Shown piece by piece: positions 45,406 through 52,592 of a stretch of 64,000 nt of DNA; the first letter of the stretch is position 1; every line of letters begins with the position of its first letter. Source of the DNA: Candidatus Bipolaricaulota bacterium. Its GTDB lineage: Bacteria > Bipolaricaulota > Bipolaricaulia > RBG-16-55-9. Where the stretch lies: positions 30 to 64,029 of the forward strand of contig JALSGO010000083.1 in assembly GCA_026982655.1 (NCBI GenBank), in the 5' to 3' direction. A program made the position numbers and the translations under genes. The notes beneath the pieces are model-generated. The model had not been told where the DNA came from, did not search any database, and saw only the letters and a program-made list of their open reading frames with translations.

Positions 45406-46491
45406 ATGGAAGCACAGAAGACGGTCATGCAAAGCCGACGGCGACGCCTCTGGGAGGCGCTCGACGAGCGCCTGGGGTTGAGCGCCCTGAGGTACCCCGT
45501 CCCCGCCCACGCCAACACGCTGGGATATATGTTAGGCGGGATCACCCTCTTTGGCTTCCTCATCTTGATCGCCACAGGCATTTATCTTACGCAGTTCTAC
45601 AACCCCGACCCCAGCCAAGCCCACGACAGCGTCGTCTACCTCGTCGAGCAGACGACGTTCGGGGACCTCGTCCGCAGCATCCACTACTGGACGGCCAACT
45701 TGGTGGTCGTCACCGTTCTCCTCCACCTTCTACGGATCTTCTTTGCGGGGGCGTACAAGCGGCCCCGGGAGGCCAACTGGCTGGTCGGCTTGGCGCTTTT
45801 GGCGATCACCATCGGCTTCGTCTTCACCGGCACGGTCCTCAAGTGGGACCAAGAGGCCTACGAGGCGATGCTCCACAACATGGCCTTCTCGGAGCTTCTG
45901 GGCGGGATCGGGAGCTGGTTCTCCCCAAGTTTTACCCTGAGCGTGCCGATGCTCACCCGCCTCTACGCCGTCCACATCGCGGTGCTCCCGGCGCTCTTCC
46001 TCATCTTGATCGCGATTCATCTGATGCTGGTCAAGTACCACGGGATCTCGCCGCTGCCCACCCTGAACGCTCGGGCGGGCACCTGGGGCAAGGAAGGGAC
46101 GGGCCGCTTCTCCGCGCACCTGCGGCGCATGGTGGGCTACGGGCTATGGCTGCTGGCCTTAGCGGGGGTGCTGGCGCTCCTCTGGCCCGCGCCGCTGGGC
46201 TATCCCCCGGTTCCGGGCGCCGAGGTGACGAAGCCCCCGTGGTTGTTCCTGTGGCTCTACGCCTTCGAGAACTGGGTGGGGACCGCCGGGCTGCTCTGGC
46301 CACCGCTTGTGCTCTTCCTGCTGCTGGCGTTGGTGCCCTTCCTCGACCGCAGCCCCTATCTGGCACCCCGAAAGCGACCCGTAACCGTCACGCTCGGCGT
46401 GGTGCTGTTGCTCTTTTTGGTCGGGTTGAGCGTGTACGTGGCCCTCACCCCGCCGGTGAGCCACATCCAAGGGCAAGGGATGGGAGGTTGA
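45406..46491 (+). CDS. cytochrome b (fused N- and C-terminal domains), paralogue 1
   Basis: RSIHYWTANLVVVTVLLHLLRIFF (H-x13-H), YAVHIAVLPALFLILIAIHLM (H-x14-H), and KPPWLFLWLYAFEN at the PEWY position. Start at ATG 45406 (GAAGGAGGG RBS); the upstream ATG 45373 lies inside the -10 box. Confidence 0.88.
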   Translation: MEAQKTVMQSRRRRLWEALDERLGLSALRYPVPAHANTLGYMLGGITLFGFLILIATGIYLTQFYNPDPSQAHDSVVYLVEQTTFGDLVRSIHYWTANLVVVTVLLHLLRIFFAGAYKRPREANWLVGLALLAITIGFVFTGTVLKWDQEAYEAMLHNMAFSELLGGIGSWFSPSFTLSVPMLTRLYAVHIAVLPALFLILIAIHLMLVKYHGISPLPTLNARAGTWGKEGTGRFSAHLRRMVGYGLWLLALAGVLALLWPAPLGYPPVPGAEVTKPPWLFLWLYAFENWVGTAGLLWPPLVLFLLLALVPFLDRSPYLAPRKRPVTVTLGVVLLLFLVGLSVYVALTPPVSHIQGQGMGG

Positions 46492-46495
46492 GACC

Positions 46496-47077
46496 ATGCG
46501 ACCACAGAGCAGTTGGGTTCACGTCGGTTGGATCACAGCGTTGCTGACGGTGGCGGTGGGGATCGGGCTTGCGGTGGGGCTTCCGGGACGGGCCCACGAG
46601 GGCGCGGAGGTGAGCGCCTATCCTACCACCGTGGCCCCGGGGGAGACGCTCTTCGTGGAGGGCGCGGACATCAACCCTAACGGCCCGATCGCCCTCTTCT
46701 TGGAGGGCGTAAAGGGCAAGTTCCGCCTGGGTCAGGTCCGGGGGGACGAGGACGGCGGGTTCAAGACGAGCGTGGCCCTCCCGCCGGATCTCCCGCCGGG
46801 GACCTATTTGTTGGTGGCCGTCGGGGCCAACGGGGAGAAGGCCACCTTCTCGGTGACGGTGGCCGCCGCGGTAAGCTCCCTCACCCAAGAGCCCAGGGAG
46901 CCCACGGACGCGCTCATGGAGCTGGACCGGTCAAGGTCCTCCGAGGAGTGGGCGTTCCTCGCCGTCGTGATCGGGCTGAGCCTGCTCCTGGGGGCGTGGC
47001 TGGCCCGCCCGGAACGGATGGTTGCACCTGCCTCTCCTTCTGCCTCCGCCGCCGAGCCCGACGGGAGCGGGCCTTGA
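46496..47077 (+). CDS. hypothetical exported protein with C-terminal TM anchor; predicted mature N-terminus is His
   Basis: Signal peptide ending LPGRA followed by HEGAEV, a beta-rich Ig-like middle, and the C-terminal helix WAFLAVVIGLSLLLGAWLA. GGGAGG RBS. Confidence 0.6.
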   Translation: MRPQSSWVHVGWITALLTVAVGIGLAVGLPGRAHEGAEVSAYPTTVAPGETLFVEGADINPNGPIALFLEGVKGKFRLGQVRGDEDGGFKTSVALPPDLPPGTYLLVAVGANGEKATFSVTVAAAVSSLTQEPREPTDALMELDRSRSSEEWAFLAVVIGLSLLLGAWLARPERMVAPASPSASAAEPDGSGP

Positions 47078-47103
47078 GCGCAAAGGGGGCCGAGAGGAAG
47101 GAG

Positions 47104-48309
47104 ATGAGCCGACGGGGGTACGAAGGAGTTTCGGTCGTGGGGGCCGGACCGGCGGGGCTTGTGGCGGCCCTCACGCTGGCCCGCGCAGGCGTCCCCGTCA
47201 CCGTCTACGAGAAGGGGCCGACGGTGGGCACCCGCTTCCACGGCGACTTTCAAGGCTTAGAGAACTGGTCCCGCGAGCTCGACGTCTTGGAGGATCTCCG
47301 GACGATGGGGCTTGCGATCAACTTCGCCGTGCAACCGCGCGACTCAGCGGACTTCTACGACGCCTGGGACCGGAAGTACGACATCAGGACCCGAGAGCCC
47401 CTCTTCTATCTGGTGCGCCGCGGGGGTGGGGAGGGGAGCCTCGACCGCGGGCTCTACGCCCAGGCCCGGGAGGCCGGGGTGCGGTTCCGTTTCCACACCA
47501 AGCTCGATCGGGTGGAGGGCCCGGCGATCGTGGCCACCGGCCCGCGCTACGCCGACGGCATCTGCGTGGGCTACCTCTTCGAGACGGACCTAGAAGACCT
47601 TACGGCCTGCATCCTCTCCCAGCGCCTGGCCCCCCGCGGCTACAGCTACCTCCTGGTGGCCGACGGTCGGGCGACGCTGGTGAGCTGCCACTTCGCCGAC
47701 CTCCCCCGCTGGCGGGATCATCTGGAGGCCACCGTCGAGGCCTTCCGAAAGCTTTACCGCTTTGAGATGCGGAACCCCCGCTTCTTCTCCGGCTACGGGA
47801 ACCTCTTCGCCCGGGGGCGCTTCCGCGACGGCCAAAAACTCTACGTGGGCGAGGCCGCCGGGCTCCAGGACGGCCTGTGGGGCTTCGGGATGCGCTTTGC
47901 CCTGCGCTCGGGATATCTGGCGGCCCAGAGCCTGCTCTCCGGCCAAGACTACGACGAGCTGGTCCGAAGGGAGCTTCTGCCGCACCACCGGGCGGGGCTG
48001 GTCAACCGCTTTTTCTGGAACCTCTTGAGCGATCGCATGTTGGCGTTCTTCCTGCGGCGGGCGGCGCGCTGGACCGACCTTCGGGGGCGGCTGCGCGAGC
48101 TCGCCGGGCCCCGTCCCTGGAAGGATCGGCTCTATCCCTTCATCCGGGGAGCCTGCGGCTGGCGGGCCCGCTACCGCGACGAGCGCTGCCTCCGGGAGGG
48201 GTGTCCCTGCATCGGGTGCGCGTGTCGGAGTCCTTCGCGTACGATCTCGAGCCCCTGCGTCTCTTGGGGAGCGGCTCGGTTCCGACTCGACATGACGCAA
48301 GTCATTTGA
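47104..48309 (+). CDS. FAD-dependent oxidoreductase (geranylgeranyl-reductase-like) with Cys-rich C-terminal tail
   Basis: VSVVGAGPAGLVAALTLARAG dinucleotide motif and the tail CLREGCPCIGCAC. GAGAGGAAGGAG RBS. Confidence 0.8.
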   Translation: MSRRGYEGVSVVGAGPAGLVAALTLARAGVPVTVYEKGPTVGTRFHGDFQGLENWSRELDVLEDLRTMGLAINFAVQPRDSADFYDAWDRKYDIRTREPLFYLVRRGGGEGSLDRGLYAQAREAGVRFRFHTKLDRVEGPAIVATGPRYADGICVGYLFETDLEDLTACILSQRLAPRGYSYLLVADGRATLVSCHFADLPRWRDHLEATVEAFRKLYRFEMRNPRFFSGYGNLFARGRFRDGQKLYVGEAAGLQDGLWGFGMRFALRSGYLAAQSLLSGQDYDELVRRELLPHHRAGLVNRFFWNLLSDRMLAFFLRRAARWTDLRGRLRELAGPRPWKDRLYPFIRGACGWRARYRDERCLREGCPCIGCACRSPSRTISSPCVSWGAARFRLDMTQVI

Positions 48310-48334
48310 CCCACCCCCTCTGGGGTGGAATAAT
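48290..48334 (+). promoter_or_regulatory. 45-nt promoter/operator module, copy 2: ATGAC-GCAA-GTCAT, TTGACC(-35), CsoR-type operator 3 (48310..48329) and AATAAT(-10)
   Basis: CCCACCCC-CTCT-GGGGTGGA occupies the -35/-10 spacer region. The -35 overlaps the stop codon of the FAD oxidoreductase gene. Confidence 0.65.
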
Positions 48335-48342
48335 AGAGTGAA

Positions 48343-48669
48343 ATGTCTGCAGAAGCGCGGCGCGGGATCGACAGCAGGTTCCGGGATCTCCTGTCCCTGT
48401 TGCTCATCGGGGTGTTGATCCTGCCGATGGCCGGCCCCTCCGGCCCCTTCACGGAGTCAGGGGCGTGTTCGGGGAACCCGCTTGAGGCGGGATGCGCTGC
48501 GATTCTGCATGTCGCCCGAGGCACGGCCGGTCATTGCCTGCCTTGTGGTGCCGTTGTCCTCCTGAGCTCTCCTCTGCCCTTTGCCTGGGCACTCGTAGGG
48601 GATTGGACTTCCGCCGGACTTGGCAGCCCGTTGGATCCGTCCTTTGTGCCCTGGCGTCCCCCTGCCTGA
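48343..48669 (+). CDS. hypothetical small membrane protein, Cys/His-containing, predicted leaderless
   Basis: The ATG lies 8 nt after the -10 box with no SD. One TM helix (LLSLLLIGVLILPMAG) and motifs CSGNPLEAGC and HCLPCG. Coding status is uncertain. Confidence 0.35.
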   Translation: MSAEARRGIDSRFRDLLSLLLIGVLILPMAGPSGPFTESGACSGNPLEAGCAAILHVARGTAGHCLPCGAVVLLSSPLPFAWALVGDWTSAGLGSPLDPSFVPWRPPA

Positions 48670-48784
48670 CCTCCGCTTCGTTCTTTTGCCCGTGCCCGCG
48701 GTCCTTTGAACGGGCCTTCGTCGGCCTAAGGGATCGTACGTATCTCAACTCCATCTGCAATCTGCACAAGGAGCAGGAGGTCGA

Positions 48785-49270
48785 GTGCCAATGCCTAAGA
48801 AGACGAACAAGGATCGGAAGGTCAAGCAGCAGCGTCTACTCCGGCAGGGGGCGGCCGGGGGCTGGCGGCCCTGGGCCTTTGGGGCCGTCACCCTCGGGGT
48901 GCTAACAGCCGCGTTTGGGCTGCTCTTGCCGAAGTTCTTCGCCGACGGTCCCGCAGCGGACGGGGAGGCCAACGTCATCCTGGTCGAAGCGGACATGGCC
49001 GGGCTCTATCCCAAGGAGATCCGGGTCAAGGCCGGGGAGCCCGTGACCATCCGCCTGCGCAGCTTGGACAACCGGTTCCACCTGGACGGGGGAGGCAAGC
49101 ACCAGTTCGCCATCGACGAGCTGGGGGTCAACATCATCGCTCCGCCGCTCGGCACGGCCGAGGCCACCTTCATCCCTACGGAACCGGGTGAATACGAGTT
49201 CTACTGCGACATCTGCTGCGGCGGGCGGGCCAACCCGACCATGGTAGGGAGGCTGATCGTCGAGCTATGA
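48785..49270 (+). CDS. cupredoxin-fold (Cupredoxin_1-like) membrane-anchored protein 2
   Basis: TM anchor and C-terminal PGEYEFYCDICCGGRANPTMVGRLIV. GGAGCAGGAGG RBS. An alternative ATG lies at 48791. Confidence 0.75.
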   Translation: MPMPKKTNKDRKVKQQRLLRQGAAGGWRPWAFGAVTLGVLTAAFGLLLPKFFADGPAADGEANVILVEADMAGLYPKEIRVKAGEPVTIRLRSLDNRFHLDGGGKHQFAIDELGVNIIAPPLGTAEATFIPTEPGEYEFYCDICCGGRANPTMVGRLIVEL

Positions 49271-50109
49271 GCGCTCTGACCCAGATCTCCGCGCGCAAGG
49301 TGGTGCTGGCCTCGGCGATCGCCCTGGGGGTGATCGCCGCCGCGGTCTTCTTGGGGCTGCGGCACCCCTCCGCCCAGGCCGTCCCGATGAGCCCGCTCCT
49401 CCCGGCGGTGACGCTGGGGACCATCGTGGTGGCCGGGATCGTCGACGGGATCAACCCCTGTGCCTTCACGGTGCTCCTACTGTTCGTTACTGCCCTGCTC
49501 GCGAGCCTGCAAACCCGCAGCGACGTCGGGATCGCCGAGAACGTGGGGGCCACGCGCGCCCGGATCGTGGGGCTCGGCTCCATCTACATCGCAGCCATCT
49601 TCCTCACCTACCTGGCGCTGGGGGCGGGGCTCTTGGTGACGGCAGATCTCTTCGTGCGGGAGCACCTGCCCGCCCGGATCGGGGCGCTGCTCGCCATCTT
49701 CCTCGGGCTGTGGATGCTCAAGGACTACTTCCTGCCCGGGTGGGGCTGGCGGCTGGGGGCCCCCAAGGTCGTGGGGGAGTGGGCCCGGCGCGCGGCCCGG
49801 AAGATGACCGTCCCGGCGCTGGCGCTCGGGGGCTTTCTCATCGGGCTCTGCACCGTGCCCTGCAGCGGGGCGGTCTACCTGGCGGTGCTGGCGCTCCTCT
49901 CGACCCAGCCGACCGCGACGGCCTTCGGGTACCTGGTGCTCTACAACCTGATGTTCATCCTCCCGTTGGTCGGGGTGCTGGCCGTGGCCGCGTCGCGCCC
50001 GGCGCTGAACCGCTTGGCCCGCTGGAACCTCCACCACCGGGAGGGGGTCCGGCTGGCCTTGGGGTCGGGTGTCGTGCTCATGGGGCTGTTCATCCTGTAC
50101 ACCGTCTAG
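49267..50109 (+). CDS. CcdA/DsbD-family thiol:disulfide electron-transfer membrane protein
   Basis: GINPCAF and CTVPCSG Cys motifs in TM helices, as in CcdA/DsbD/ScsB cores. The ATG overlaps the upstream stop (ATGA). Confidence 0.8.
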   Translation: MSALTQISARKVVLASAIALGVIAAAVFLGLRHPSAQAVPMSPLLPAVTLGTIVVAGIVDGINPCAFTVLLLFVTALLASLQTRSDVGIAENVGATRARIVGLGSIYIAAIFLTYLALGAGLLVTADLFVREHLPARIGALLAIFLGLWMLKDYFLPGWGWRLGAPKVVGEWARRAARKMTVPALALGGFLIGLCTVPCSGAVYLAVLALLSTQPTATAFGYLVLYNLMFILPLVGVLAVAASRPALNRLARWNLHHREGVRLALGSGVVLMGLFILYTV

Positions 50110-50159
50110 CTGGGAAACGGAGAACGGATCGAGAACCCAGGAGAAAGGAGGAAGCGGCG

Positions 50160-50480
50160 GTGAACAACCATCATGCGGGAGGCGGCAAGCCCTGCCACGT
50201 CGAGCGGCTGGAGAAAGAGGTGGACATGGAGGCGCTGCGCTCCACCCGGGTCAGCATCCTGGCGGTGACGGGGATGGGGTGTCCCAACTGTGCCCTGCGG
50301 GTGCACAACGCGCTCCTCGCCCTCCCCGGCGTCCATCGGGTGGACGTGGAGCTGGAGGCCGAGCGGGCGATCGTCTACTGGGACCCGACCGCCCTGCAGC
50401 CGGAGAGGCTGATCGAGGCGGTCTCCCAGGCTGCGGCGGGGACCCCTCACGACTACCGGGCGTACTTCGTGAAGCCGTAG
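50160..50480 (+). CDS. HMA-domain metallochaperone-like protein with His-rich N-terminus
   Basis: VTGMGCPNCALRVHNAL (GMxCxxC) and the N-terminal NNHHAGGGKPCH. GTG start 9 nt after AGGAGG. Confidence 0.75.
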   Translation: MNNHHAGGGKPCHVERLEKEVDMEALRSTRVSILAVTGMGCPNCALRVHNALLALPGVHRVDVELEAERAIVYWDPTALQPERLIEAVSQAAAGTPHDYRAYFVKP

Positions 50481-50642
50481 CGGAGCCACAGACGCAGAGC
50501 GGGGCTGCCCGGGGCCCGAGTCACCGTCGTCGCATCGGCTTCCACCTCCGCCCCGGGCAGCTCCCCGCCCTGCCCGCCGACGGCAGGGAGCTCCCACACA
50601 CGGGGAGAGAAGGAGAAAGGGAAGACACAAGGAGGGATTTCC

Positions 50643-51173
50643 ATGGACCTTAGGCTCATCGCCGTTGCGATCGTCTCCTTGGCGCTGGGGTTCCTCTTGG
50701 CCTCCGGCCTGCGCCCGGAGGTCGGGGTGGGGCCTTCGGAGGCGGAGCGGATCTTGGAGCGGCTGCGGCGCGAGATCATCCCGGAGGAGGGCAGCCCCAC
50801 GGGCTACGGGATCGCCTTCAGCGAGGCGGGCTACCAGACCCTGGTGGCCAAGAACCGCACACTCAGCGTCCCGCCCGAGCGGGCGGACGACTTCGAGGGC
50901 CTGGACATGAGCCTGCCCTGCTGTCCCTTCCAGAGCCCGAGCGTCGACGAGGCGAAGAACTGCCCGTGCGAGCACCATCAGGCGCTCTACGGGCTGGCCA
51001 AGTGGCTCCTCCAAGAAGACTATCCCGCAGACCGGGTCCAGGAGGAGGTGGCGCGCTGGAGCCGCTACCTCTTCCCCAAGGAGGCGCTGCGGGCGGAGAT
51101 GGAGCGGCGGGCGAAGCTCGATCCCGCCGTCGAAGCCGCCCTGGAGGAGCTCAAGGCCAAGGGGAAGTGCTAG
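50643..51173 (+). CDS. membrane-anchored Cys/His-rich hypothetical protein (LPCCPF...NCPCEHH)
   Basis: N-terminal TM helix and a clustered Cys/His motif reminiscent of the PCYCGC-motif family (recalled with low certainty). AAGGAGGGA RBS. Confidence 0.6.
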   Translation: MDLRLIAVAIVSLALGFLLASGLRPEVGVGPSEAERILERLRREIIPEEGSPTGYGIAFSEAGYQTLVAKNRTLSVPPERADDFEGLDMSLPCCPFQSPSVDEAKNCPCEHHQALYGLAKWLLQEDYPADRVQEEVARWSRYLFPKEALRAEMERRAKLDPAVEAALEELKAKGKC

Positions 51174-51227
51174 GCCGATTGGAACAGGGACGACCCGACG
51201 AGATCGAGGACGAGGAGGCGAGCGACG

Positions 51228-52541
51228 ATGATGGCATCCACAGCCGAACCGGCGGAAACGGAACCCCGACGGGGCGGGGGCCTGGGGAAGAGCCTTCGGG
51301 AGCGCTGGGCGCTCTGGACCCTGGGGCTGTTCGCCCTGCTGATCGTAGGGCTCTTCTTCTTCTACCGCCCGCCCATGGAGGAGAGCATCACGGGGGACAC
51401 CTTCCACCCCATCCGCGGGCTGATCGGCTTCCCCCACGGCCCGGGGGCCGCCGCGGAACCCTACGACGAGGAGGCCCTCGACCGCTTCGTGGAGGAGACG
51501 ATCGCGGAGACCTACGCCAAGGCGCGCATCGATCAGATCAAGCTCCTCCTCATGGGGCTCCTCATCGGCTTGATCCCGCTGGGCTATTACCGCGGTCGGT
51601 CGGACCGCCTAAAGCGCCTGGGACAGCGGGTCAACAAGATCTGGGACCCCTACACCTTCGGCACCGTCTCGGGGCTCCTTTTGGTGGGGGTGATCATCCC
51701 TACGGGGACGGTCCTCGGCCTCTTCTACAGCGCCGACGCGGAGAAGCTCTACGAGAGCATGGCGGGCATCGTGGGGAACCCCATCCTGAGTTTCCTGCGC
51801 AACCTCCACCTCTGGGCCTCGGAGGCGTTCTTGCTCTTCCTGTTCCTGCACACGGCCCGGATCGTCTCCACGCGGGCCTACTTTGCGGGACGCAAGCTCG
51901 TCTGGGTTCTGGGTGTCGTGCTGCTTGTGATCAGCTGGGCGACCTTCCTGATCGGCACCTTCATCCGGGGGGACCAGGAAGCGTTTGAGGCCTGGGTCCA
52001 CATGATGGCCCTCATCCGCTTCATCCCCCTCGTCGGGGACCCGATCGCCGACTTCTTCTCCGGCCCCTTCGCCGTCATGCGGCTGTACGTCTTCCACATC
52101 GTGATCACCACCATCGCCTTGCTGCTGATTCTGGCACCCCACGTGCTGATGCAGAAGGTGTACGTCCACGTGCAGCGGCGCTGGAGGGCGGCCCTTCGCT
52201 ACACCCTGGGGCTTACGGCCCTGATCGCGGTCCTCAGCCTGCTGGTGCCCGCCCCCTTCCTGGCGGAGCCCTACCACGACCTGGAGATCACCAAGCCACC
52301 GTGGCCCTATTACTTCCTGTACGCCTGGGAGAACATCGGCGGCGCGGTGAGCATGATCTGGTCGCCGCTGCTCATCCTGGTGCCGCTGCTTCTGCTGCCG
52401 TACGCGCTGGAGCAGCTGCCACTCGCCCGCCGGACCGCCCAACGGGTGGGCGACTGGGTCTTCTACGGCGGGGTCCTGATCACCTTAGGGCTGAGCTACT
52501 GGGTGGCCGCCTCGGGAATTGTGGCCCACGTCTTCGAATGA
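51228..52541 (+). CDS. divergent cytochrome b-like protein, paralogue 2, with N-terminal extension of about 130 aa
   Basis: RNLHLWASEAFLLFLFLHTARI (H-x13-H), YVFHIVITTIALLLILAPHVLM (H-x14-H), and KPPWPYYFLYAWEN. Confidence 0.8.
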   Translation: MMASTAEPAETEPRRGGGLGKSLRERWALWTLGLFALLIVGLFFFYRPPMEESITGDTFHPIRGLIGFPHGPGAAAEPYDEEALDRFVEETIAETYAKARIDQIKLLLMGLLIGLIPLGYYRGRSDRLKRLGQRVNKIWDPYTFGTVSGLLLVGVIIPTGTVLGLFYSADAEKLYESMAGIVGNPILSFLRNLHLWASEAFLLFLFLHTARIVSTRAYFAGRKLVWVLGVVLLVISWATFLIGTFIRGDQEAFEAWVHMMALIRFIPLVGDPIADFFSGPFAVMRLYVFHIVITTIALLLILAPHVLMQKVYVHVQRRWRAALRYTLGLTALIAVLSLLVPAPFLAEPYHDLEITKPPWPYYFLYAWENIGGAVSMIWSPLLILVPLLLLPYALEQLPLARRTAQRVGDWVFYGGVLITLGLSYWVAASGIVAHVFE

Positions 52542-52553
52542 GGAGGGCCGGAC

Positions 52554-52582
52554 TTGACAACCCTCCCCGGATGGGGTACAGT
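52554..52582 (+). promoter_or_regulatory. promoter TTGACA-17-TACAGT heading the MMPL2 string
   Basis: Consensus -35 at 52554..52559 and -10 at 52577..52582. Confidence 0.55.
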
Positions 52583-52592
52583 GAGACCATAT

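Noticed and set aside
48492-48905. ORF 48492..48905 (137 aa) as an alternative gene in the gap behind operator 3.
   Set aside because: The translation is Cys/Arg/Ser-rich with no structure. It overlaps the well-supported cupredoxin-2 start and is out of phase with the promoter geometry.
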